Shown here: positions 56,606-64,000 of the stretch, one piece after another | How positions within the stretch are numbered: position 1 is the first letter of the stretch | Layout: each line of letters starts with the position of its first letter | NCBI GenBank assembly: GCA_965205485.1 | Contig: OZ242180.1 | Location: forward strand, 4,384,001 to 4,448,000 | Direction: 5' to 3' | DNA from: Candidatus Latescibacterota bacterium | GTDB lineage: Bacteria > Latescibacterota > UBA2968 > GCA-2709665 | Length of the DNA: 64,000 nucleotides | Notes under the pieces: generated by a model | Database searches by the model: none | Told to the model about the DNA's origin: nothing | What the model saw: the letters and a program-made list of their open reading frames with translations, nothing else | Made by a program: the position numbers and the translations under genes

Positions 56606-56658
56606 TCCTCATCCGACGAACCGCCGGTGCGGCGCGCGGGTAACTTAAGGAATTTGCG

Positions 56659-58692
56659 ATGAATATTCCGGATTCTCTCTTTCGCCCCATCCTGGAGAAC
56701 CGCCGGGCAGACGCCAGCCCCATTGTGTCCTCGTTGAAACGAAACCTCCGGAATGCCTGCGAAGGGCATCTGGATTCGGCATCGCCGTCATACATCGACT
56801 ATAACGAACGCAAATCGGACTTCTGGCTGACCAGGCCCGGCGGCCGCCTGCTTCCGAAGTCGATCGAAACCCTTGCCGTGGGCGGCATTCTCCTCGACGG
56901 AAGGTACGCGTCGGAGGCATGCAACATTCTCCGGACGATCGTGAAGCACCGCATCGTGGAGAACTGTGGCGGAACGAACTATGGACGTCCGTACAGCACG
57001 TGGCGGGACAACTGCCTGGACGCCGGCGCCAGTTCCATGGTTCTGGCCATCGGCCTGGACCTGTTACGGCACGAGCTGACGGACGCGGAACGCCTGGATA
57101 TCGGCGCCTATTGCCTGCCGTTCATCGACTATACGCTCGATAACCCGCCGGATCCCGGGGAGACCCGTCCGGACTGGAACATGGCCGCCATCGGCCTTAT
57201 CGGCCTGGGCCTGCTCGGACTGGTGCTGCGCGGTTACGGCGTACTGGACGAGTCACGATTCGACCTTGCGCTGGCGTCAGGTAAAAAACGGTGCCTGCTC
57301 TTCCTCGAAAAGGGTCACGACGGCGACGGCGCCTTCTACGAAGGACCGGCCTACGGCAGCGCCACGTTGCACTACCTCGCCCCGTTCGCCCTGGCGCTGG
57401 CCGCCTGCGGGGACCGGGAACTCACGAGCCACGCCGGATGGGAACGCATCGCGGAGGGCCTGGCGTATGAACTCATCCCCGCGACGGGGCGACCCAATCC
57501 GCTGAACGACTGCAATGACGGGTTCCAGATTGAATGGCTTGCTCTTCTGGCTTCTCAGCAGAACAGCGGTCTGGCGCAATGGCTCTGGCAGACCATCGAT
57601 AGACCGCCGGCCGGCGGCGAAACGTGGCATATGCCGGCCGACGCCTGGAGCGACACCGTCACACGTTATCTGCTGTATTACGACCCGTCGATTGAGCCCG
57701 TGCCGCCGGATCGTCTGGACATGCCGGGGGTCAGGCATTTTCGCAACCGGGGGCTCGTGGACATCCGTTCCGGGTGGCGGTCCGAAGACTTCTTCCTTTC
57801 GTTTCTGTGCGACGTTTTCCCCGCGGGGGGGCACCGGCAGGCGGATCGCAACCACTTCGCGCTGCACGCCATCGGAGAGTCTTTCGCCTGCGATTCCGGA
57901 TACGCCCTCGAGCGTCTCCCCGACACCACCGAGGTCCTTCGCCTGGGCGCGCTGGGCGAAGCCCACAATCTGCCGCTGGTGATGGGCGAGATGCAGCGCC
58001 GCGGCCCCGCCGGAGACGACGGCATCGTCCGCGCGGACATCCAGGGCGACTTCCCCTATATCGAGTCCGAGGCGGGAGAAAGCCACGCGAGCGCGCGGCG
58101 TTTCGTCCGGCGGACGCTCTGCCTCCCGGATGCGGCCGGCACGCCCGCCGCCGTGATTATCGTGGACCGGCTCGACTTCGAAATGCACGACCGGCCGATG
58201 CTGTCGTGGCTGCTGCACACCGCCGCAGGCAATCGGCTGGAGTGCGGACGGGACAGGGTTTCCATTGTCGGATGCAGGCGTGAAAACCGGTGCGACGTCC
58301 GGATCGCGACACCGTGGCCCGGCCGTTGGCGAGAGGAGGTATTCCACGACCATCCGCGGCTGCGGTACGACTGGTTCTGGAGCCCGCTGTTCTGCATCGT
58401 GGCGCTTGTCCCCTATCAAAAAGACGCATCCCCGCCCGAAATCGACGCCACCGGCGATGCCTCGGGCTGCGCCATTCGCATTCGTACAGGCAATGCGGCC
58501 GACACCGTACTCACGGCGGGACCCGGCAATACGGTCGCTTTCAACGACGTCCGGACGGATGCCGAGTTCGCGCACGTCCGAACCGTGGATGACAACGTCG
58601 ACACGGGCCTGCTCGCCGCCGGCTCCGTCCTCGAAGTTTCAGGACGTACTCTTGTTTCGGAGCCGGGGCCCATCGACTATCGAACCCTCTGA
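56659..58692 (+). CDS. Heparinase II/III-like lyase family protein
   Basis: DWN, DGAFYEGPAYG, RSGW, GHRQADRNHFAL...DSGY, AHN; helical N-half and beta C-half; no signal peptide. Confidence 0.75.
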   Translation: MNIPDSLFRPILENRRADASPIVSSLKRNLRNACEGHLDSASPSYIDYNERKSDFWLTRPGGRLLPKSIETLAVGGILLDGRYASEACNILRTIVKHRIVENCGGTNYGRPYSTWRDNCLDAGASSMVLAIGLDLLRHELTDAERLDIGAYCLPFIDYTLDNPPDPGETRPDWNMAAIGLIGLGLLGLVLRGYGVLDESRFDLALASGKKRCLLFLEKGHDGDGAFYEGPAYGSATLHYLAPFALALAACGDRELTSHAGWERIAEGLAYELIPATGRPNPLNDCNDGFQIEWLALLASQQNSGLAQWLWQTIDRPPAGGETWHMPADAWSDTVTRYLLYYDPSIEPVPPDRLDMPGVRHFRNRGLVDIRSGWRSEDFFLSFLCDVFPAGGHRQADRNHFALHAIGESFACDSGYALERLPDTTEVLRLGALGEAHNLPLVMGEMQRRGPAGDDGIVRADIQGDFPYIESEAGESHASARRFVRRTLCLPDAAGTPAAVIIVDRLDFEMHDRPMLSWLLHTAAGNRLECGRDRVSIVGCRRENRCDVRIATPWPGRWREEVFHDHPRLRYDWFWSPLFCIVALVPYQKDASPPEIDATGDASGCAIRIRTGNAADTVLTAGPGNTVAFNDVRTDAEFAHVRTVDDNVDTGLLAAGSVLEVSGRTLVSEPGPIDYRTL

Positions 58693-58811
58693 CGGACGCC
58701 GGATGGTCCTTTTCCGGGGAACCCTGAACGAGTCGTCATTTCACCGCCACGCCTCCAACTCCCCGGCCACGCGAAACCTCCGACATCTCTCACAGGAAGG
58801 AACGTGCGACG

Positions 58812-60209
58812 ATGCCATTATGGAAACCCGATCCATCGTTCTATCCGTCGCCCAGGATGGCCATGCAGGCCCCGCCTGAACGATACGGTTACGTGTCCGC
58901 CCTCAATCCCGGCGCGACCGACAGGCCCGACGCCCTTTGCGTGGTGGACCTGGATATCGAGTCCCCGACCTACGGTCAGAACATCTATTCGCTTGAGATG
59001 CCGTATACCGGTGACGAACTCCACCACTTCGGCTGGAACGCCTGCAGTTCGGCCCTGTGCCCCTATGCGCCTCATCCACACCTCGAACGACGCTACCTGA
59101 TCCTTCCCGCCCTGCGTACGTCGCGCATCTACATCGTGGATACCAGGCCGGACCCCGCCAGGCCCCATATCATCAAGATCATCGAGCCGGACGAGCTCAT
59201 GGCCAGATCGGGCTACAGCCGGCCCCACACCGTACACTGCGGTCCGGACGCGATCTACGTCAGCGCGCTGGGGCCGGCGAACGGCAGCGACGGCCCGGGA
59301 GGGATCTTCCTCCTGGACCACTTCAGTTTCGACGTCATCGGGCCGTGGGAAATCCATCGCGGTTCGCAGGAACTGGCGTACGACTTCTGGTGGCATTTGG
59401 CGGAAGACGTCATGATGAGCAGCGAATGGGGAAAACCGGAGCAATTCGAGAACGGGGTGGTGCCCGAGGACCTGCTGGCGAACCGGTACGGCCACCGGCT
59501 CCACTTTTGGGACCTCAGAAAACGCCGGCTCGATCAGACGGTCGACATCGGCCCGGAGAATCAGATGCTCCTTGAGTTGCGGCCCGCGCACGACCCGCGG
59601 AAGACCTATGGTTTCGCCGGCGTGGTCGTCAGTACGGCGGACCTGTCCGCGTCCATCTGGACCTGGTTCCGCGAGAACGGCACATGGCGAATGCGAAGAG
59701 TGATAACGATTCCACCCGTGCCGGCCGGTGCGGCGGACCTGCCGCCGATGTTGAAAGCGTTCGAAGCCGTACCGCCCCTGGTCACCGATATCGACCTCTC
59801 GCTGGACGACAGGTTTCTGTACGTCTCCTGCTGGGGCCTGGGTGAATTGCATCAGTACGACGTTTCCGATCCGTTCGAGCCGGTCCTGACCGGCAAGGTG
59901 GAAATCGGGGGCATCGTAAACAGAAAGCCGCACGCAACGCGCGGCGGCTCATTGTCGGGTGGACCTCAGATGGTGGAAATCAGCCGGGACGGCCGGAGGA
60001 TTTACTTTACCAACTCCCTCTACAGCGCCTGGGACGACCAGTTCTACCCGTCCGGGATGGACGGCTGGATGGCGAAAGCCAGCGCGGACCCCGATGGTGG
60101 CCTGGAATTGGACCCCGGCTTCTTCATCGACTTCGGCGAAACGCGCGTCCACCAGGTCCGATTGGAAGGAGGAGATGCCTCCACCGACTCTTTCTGCTAC
60201 CCTTCCTGA
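58812..60209 (+). CDS. Selenium-binding protein SBP56 family (methanethiol oxidase-like)
   Basis: DELHHFGWNACSS, PHTVHC, YDFWW, GGPQMVEISRDG, SLYSAWDDQFYP, GGDAS. Confidence 0.93.
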   Translation: MPLWKPDPSFYPSPRMAMQAPPERYGYVSALNPGATDRPDALCVVDLDIESPTYGQNIYSLEMPYTGDELHHFGWNACSSALCPYAPHPHLERRYLILPALRTSRIYIVDTRPDPARPHIIKIIEPDELMARSGYSRPHTVHCGPDAIYVSALGPANGSDGPGGIFLLDHFSFDVIGPWEIHRGSQELAYDFWWHLAEDVMMSSEWGKPEQFENGVVPEDLLANRYGHRLHFWDLRKRRLDQTVDIGPENQMLLELRPAHDPRKTYGFAGVVVSTADLSASIWTWFRENGTWRMRRVITIPPVPAGAADLPPMLKAFEAVPPLVTDIDLSLDDRFLYVSCWGLGELHQYDVSDPFEPVLTGKVEIGGIVNRKPHATRGGSLSGGPQMVEISRDGRRIYFTNSLYSAWDDQFYPSGMDGWMAKASADPDGGLELDPGFFIDFGETRVHQVRLEGGDASTDSFCYPS

Positions 60210-60837
60210 CTGGATGGGGCCGTGGCTGGCCATGATTGGCTTCGGCGCCTTTCACGGACTGAATCCCGGCATGGGCTGGCTGTTCGCGCTGTCCCTCGGG
60301 CTCCAGCACAACAGCGGACGCGCCGTCTGGATTGCCCTCTTCCCCATCGCGGCCGGCCACGCCGCCTCGGTAGCTGTCGTCGCCGGTCTGGTACTGGCAG
60401 GCCTCCATTTTGTCTCCCTGTCCGCGCTGCAGTGGATAACCGCCTTCCTGCTGATCGCCTTTGGGACCTACAAGCTGTTCAACTATTATCGCCATCCTCG
60501 ATGGGTGGGCATGAAGGTGGGGCCCGGAGACCTCTTCGCATGGTCGTTTCTGATGGCCACCGCCCACGGAGCGGGGCTGATGGTTATACCGGCCCTTCTG
60601 GGCGTGGCGACCGCCAGCCACGGCCACGGCCCGCCGGATACGAATTCGCTGGCCGACGTCCTTCTGGCCGTGGGCGTCCATACGCTGGTCATGTGGCTCG
60701 TGATGGGCGCGGTCGCATGGATCGTGTACCGCAAACTTGGGCTGGCCGTGCTGCGCCGGAAGTGGATCAACTTCGATCTGATCTGGGCCGTCTCCCTGCT
60801 CGTTGTCGGGGGCATCGCGCTCGTGACGGCGCTGTAG
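60175..60837 (+). CDS. His-containing membrane protein coupled to the SBP56 gene
   Basis: AAGGAGG before ATG 60175 (alternative ATG 60214); ~6 TM; FHGLNPGMGW, AGHA, ATAHGAG, GVHT. Confidence 0.8.
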   Translation: MPPPTLSATLPDWMGPWLAMIGFGAFHGLNPGMGWLFALSLGLQHNSGRAVWIALFPIAAGHAASVAVVAGLVLAGLHFVSLSALQWITAFLLIAFGTYKLFNYYRHPRWVGMKVGPGDLFAWSFLMATAHGAGLMVIPALLGVATASHGHGPPDTNSLADVLLAVGVHTLVMWLVMGAVAWIVYRKLGLAVLRRKWINFDLIWAVSLLVVGGIALVTAL

Positions 60838-60874
60838 ACCGCTTCTCCCTGCTTATCGGCTGCCGAACCATCCG

Positions 60875-61720
60875 TCACCCATCCGGCAGTTTTCCGAGCG
60901 CGTCCATAACCGGGTCGACGTCGAACACGTAACCGAACATCAGCGCCACCCGCCACAGGGCGATTTCCTTGGCCCATTCCTCGGTGCAACTCTCTCCGTT
61001 CTCTACCGCCGTCGTGGCCTGCCGGATGGTGGAGCATACGTACCCCATCCGTCCCATGTCGATCATGCCACCCGGGCTGGCGAGCAGGCACCAGTTGATG
61101 GCGAACCCGATATAGATCAGGTGCCAGATCTCCCGCTCCCGGCATACGGCGTTGAGCTGATGGGAATTGATGACCACGGGCTCGCCCGCTTCCGGAATGG
61201 CCTGCGGCGCAAAGTCGATGTGCTTGAACCCCGCCGAGATGTCCGGCTGGTTGTGCGCGCCGGTCATCTGCCTGCCCCGGTCCGCCTGCCACTGTTTCTT
61301 CGTCGGATCTTCCACCGCGCCTCCCGCCGATTCCGGCTCCGGCCCCGCCATCCCCTTGATGCGCTCGTATTCGTCGTAAGACGCCGTATAACTCTCGCTC
61401 GATCCGACGTGAATTACGGTAAGGCCGGCGCGCCTTGCCGCCCGGAGAAGAGGTGGAAAAACGTCCTGCGAAATCCTCATCGCCCTGGGCAGATATTCCA
61501 CCATGCGGAACCAGCCGTCGTACGGCGACCCCGGGCCTGGAGGGATTTCGTCCACCAGACCGGGATTCCACGCGTGCATGCTCACCAGCGCCGTGCTTTC
61601 AAGCGGCACGTCCAGCATCCGCGTGGTCCAGCCCGCGTAACCGCGCCCTGGAATGTCGGCGCCCAGGTCCGCGTCGTGTTGACGGTAGTAGTGCGCCGGA
61701 AGCGTTAACGTCTCGCCCAT
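60875..61720 (-). CDS. Isochorismatase-like cysteine hydrolase family protein
   Basis: TALVSMHAWN, AARRAGLTVIHV, LIYIGFAINWC; GGAGG RBS. Confidence 0.7.
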   Translation of the reverse strand: MGETLTLPAHYYRQHDADLGADIPGRGYAGWTTRMLDVPLESTALVSMHAWNPGLVDEIPPGPGSPYDGWFRMVEYLPRAMRISQDVFPPLLRAARRAGLTVIHVGSSESYTASYDEYERIKGMAGPEPESAGGAVEDPTKKQWQADRGRQMTGAHNQPDISAGFKHIDFAPQAIPEAGEPVVINSHQLNAVCREREIWHLIYIGFAINWCLLASPGGMIDMGRMGYVCSTIRQATTAVENGESCTEEWAKEIALWRVALMFGYVFDVDPVMDALGKLPDG

Positions 61721-61794
61721 AGGGCCTCCCTTAATTCGTTTGCGGTCTCACCGGATCGCCGGAGCCCGCCTGCTGTCGTCCCCTCTGCGATGAT

Positions 61795-63000
61795 TCAAAT
61801 GACGCCTTCGCTGCGGAGTTGCTCGATCTCCGCCTTTGAATAGCCCAGAGTGTCTCGCAGAATCGGCACGTTGTGTTCTCCCAGCGAGGGTCCGCGCCGG
61901 GGTTCGACCGGCGGGCCGTCGACCTTTATCGGACTCGCCACGACCCTGGCAGCACCGAACTCCGGATGCGGCAGATCCAGAATCATGTCATGCTCCGCCA
62001 CGTGCGGGTCGGCGAAGGCCTGCGCAACGGTGTTCACCGGCGCACAGGGCACCTTGCCCTTGAGCAGCGCCAGCCAGTCGGCTGTCGTCTTCCCGCGGAA
62101 GCGGTCCTTGAGAATCGGAACCAGCTTGTCCCGGTTTTCCAGGCGATCCTCAAAGGAGCAAAACCGGGAGTCCTCCGCCAGTTCCGGCGCCCCGAGAACG
62201 CAAACGAGATTTCGGAAGAACTTCTCCTTCGCGCACATCACCACCAGCCAGCCGTCCTTTGTGGGCACCACCTGAGACGGGATCTGCGAAGGATGAGACG
62301 AATCGGGCATCCGACTCGCCTCATATCCTCCGGTCAGGTACCACGCCCCCACGTATCCCAAATGCGCGAGCGCCGTATCGAACAGATTTACGTCCACGTC
62401 GCACCCCAGACCCGTCTGCCTGGCGCGGAAGATCGCGCTGGCCATGCCCAGCGACGCCATCGCGCCGGCGCCGAGGTCCACAAGAGAAAGTCCTGTTTTC
62501 GTCGGCGGGCCGTCCGGTTCCCCGGTAAGGCTCATCCAGCCGGCATAGCCCTGCATCAGATAGTCGTAACCCGGCTCGTCCGCCCGAGACCCACTGCGGC
62601 CGAACGCGGAAAGCGAGCAGCACACGATCGAAGCCTTGACCTCGCTCAGCGAAGGATAGTCCAGGCCCAGCCGGGCGGGAAGGTCTCCCCGCAGGTTATT
62701 GAACACGCCATCCGAAAGCCTCACCAGACGATGTAATACCTCTCTTGCTTCCGGGTGCTGCAAATTCAGGGTTATACTCTTCTTGTTCCGGTTGAAACTC
62801 TGGAAATACAGGCTGTCCCGATCGCCGGTATACGGCGGCACGTAACGCGCCACGTCGCCGCGCGTACCGGGATTTTCGACCTTGATGATCTCCGCGCCCA
62901 GGTCCGCGAGCATCATCGTCCCCCACGGACCGGCGCCGAACTGCTCCACGGACACAATCCTTATCCCGGCCAACGGAGGGTGCTGATGTCTTTCCTGCAA
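61795..63000 (-). CDS. CaiB/BaiF family III CoA-transferase
   Basis: AGPWGTMMLADLGAEIIKVE, NRNKKSITLNL, PGYDYLMQ, LGEH. Confidence 0.93.
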   Translation of the reverse strand: MQERHQHPPLAGIRIVSVEQFGAGPWGTMMLADLGAEIIKVENPGTRGDVARYVPPYTGDRDSLYFQSFNRNKKSITLNLQHPEAREVLHRLVRLSDGVFNNLRGDLPARLGLDYPSLSEVKASIVCCSLSAFGRSGSRADEPGYDYLMQGYAGWMSLTGEPDGPPTKTGLSLVDLGAGAMASLGMASAIFRARQTGLGCDVDVNLFDTALAHLGYVGAWYLTGGYEASRMPDSSHPSQIPSQVVPTKDGWLVVMCAKEKFFRNLVCVLGAPELAEDSRFCSFEDRLENRDKLVPILKDRFRGKTTADWLALLKGKVPCAPVNTVAQAFADPHVAEHDMILDLPHPEFGAARVVASPIKVDGPPVEPRRGPSLGEHNVPILRDTLGYSKAEIEQLRSEGVI

Positions 63001-63072
63001 GTGATCCTCTGGTCCCAGGAAATGACCTGAAAAATAAGAAAAAAGCGAAAAATACGAAAAAACCGGTCCGGC

Positions 63073-63933
63073 TTACACGCGTTCTTCCCCGTGGCGGTCC
63101 AGAATCCTCCGAGCCTGTTCCAGCACCGGTCTGTCGATCATCCGGCCGTCCACGGCTTCGGCGCCGCCGTCCGAATCGTCTTGGACGGCCGCGACGATCC
63201 TCCTCGCCCGCGCGACCTCGTCCCCTGTGGGGCTGAAGATTTCATTCACGGCGCCGACCTGGTCCGGGTGAATGACGGCCTTGCCGGCAAACCCGAGGTC
63301 CCTGGCCCGCCGCGCTTCCACGGCCAGTGCGTCAGAATCGCGGATATCGGTAAATACCTTGTCTATGGCACGGATCCCTCCGCTGGCGGCGGCGACCGCC
63401 AGCGCCGAACGGGCATAGTCGAACAAGCCCTGGCCGTGCTGCGAAAACAGGCCCATATCCAGCGCGAAATCCTCCGCGCCGAACATAAGCCCCGCCAGCC
63501 TGGGCGTGGCGGATGCAATCGCGGGAGCCTGGACCAGGCCGCCGGCGTTCTCGATGGTCGCCACAAGCCTGACGCTGCCGGATGGCAATGCCGCCCTCGT
63601 CTCGTGTTCGTCCAGCCATCCGTGCATTTCAAGCACATCCTTCGGACCCCGTACCTTCGGAAGCACGAATCCCTGAAGGCGCGCCTCGGCCAGCGCCCGC
63701 AGGTCGGCGTGCAGATCCGGGGAACCTGCCGCGTGAACTCTCACGAACGGGGTCACGCCGGCAGGCGCGCCGCCCAGCGCGGCAGCCACCCTCCGCCGCG
63801 CGTCATCCTTATCGGCGCTCGGAACGCCGTCTTCCAGATCGAAGATCACAATATCCGACGTCAGACCGAATGCCTTATCGATCATCCGCTGCCGGTGGCC
63901 CGGCACGAACAGCCAGGACCGCATCGACTTCAC
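63073..63933 (-). CDS. CitE-like (HpcH/HpaI aldolase/citrate lyase family) CoA-ester lyase
   Basis: RSWLFVPG, FDLEDGV, LPKV, TIE, FGAEDF, GKAVIHPDQV, DGRMID. Confidence 0.92.
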   Translation of the reverse strand: MKSMRSWLFVPGHRQRMIDKAFGLTSDIVIFDLEDGVPSADKDDARRRVAAALGGAPAGVTPFVRVHAAGSPDLHADLRALAEARLQGFVLPKVRGPKDVLEMHGWLDEHETRAALPSGSVRLVATIENAGGLVQAPAIASATPRLAGLMFGAEDFALDMGLFSQHGQGLFDYARSALAVAAASGGIRAIDKVFTDIRDSDALAVEARRARDLGFAGKAVIHPDQVGAVNEIFSPTGDEVARARRIVAAVQDDSDGGAEAVDGRMIDRPVLEQARRILDRHGEERV

Positions 63934-64000
63934 CCGTCCTTCTCCTCGCGAATCTCGGGAAAGGGTTCTCCCGACGGCGCGTGCGCCTTTTTGTAGATCA
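63930..64000 (-). CDS. 3' end of an upstream gene, possibly a MaoC-family dehydratase (partial)
   Basis: ...IYKKAHAPSGEPFPEIREEKDG* with a GTGA stop/start overlap onto the lyase; family guessed from context only. Confidence 0.4.
   Translation of the reverse strand, partial: IYKKAHAPSGEPFPEIREEKDG

Overview
GC-rich bacterial window. FlgD-Ig/'PNPFNP' sorting-type domains, dockerin-like EF-hand pairs, Calx-beta/FN3/cadherin adhesins and a PhyH-HEAT fusion suggest an FCB-group (Latescibacterota/Gemmatimonadota-like), possibly host- or sponge-associated organism; this is inference. Left part (1-35 kb) is accessory: two low-GC orphans, a secreted MORN-repeat protein, and two leftward surface-protein operons led by giant autotransporters (a ~3500-aa Calx-beta-like repeat adhesin and a DUF285/BspA-repeat adhesin). 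These are interleaved with three rightward paralogous regulators: two GAF-PAS-HisKA-HATPase-REC-wHTH proteins and a PAS-REC-wHTH deletion derivative. The three AT-rich regions upstream of the leftward genes share helically phased GTGA-containing repeats, and a 40-bp direct repeat brackets the 29-kb adhesin block. Right part (35-64 kb) is housekeeping/metabolic: GGT family, M20 amidohydrolases, orphan mraY, metG, hrcA-grpE-dnaJ, glnA, enolase-superfamily dehydratase, guaA, SelA-like PLP enzyme, NUDIX, heparinase-like lyase, SBP56, CoA-transferase and CitE-like lyase. Best candidates for undescribed biology are a Met-codon leader-peptide attenuator upstream of metG and an adhesin regulon controlled by single-polypeptide kinase/DNA-binding regulators. 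Three genes carry frameshifts that may be sequencing or assembly errors. No rRNA, tRNA, CRISPR array, integrase or transposase was recognised. All domain calls are by eye, without database searches.
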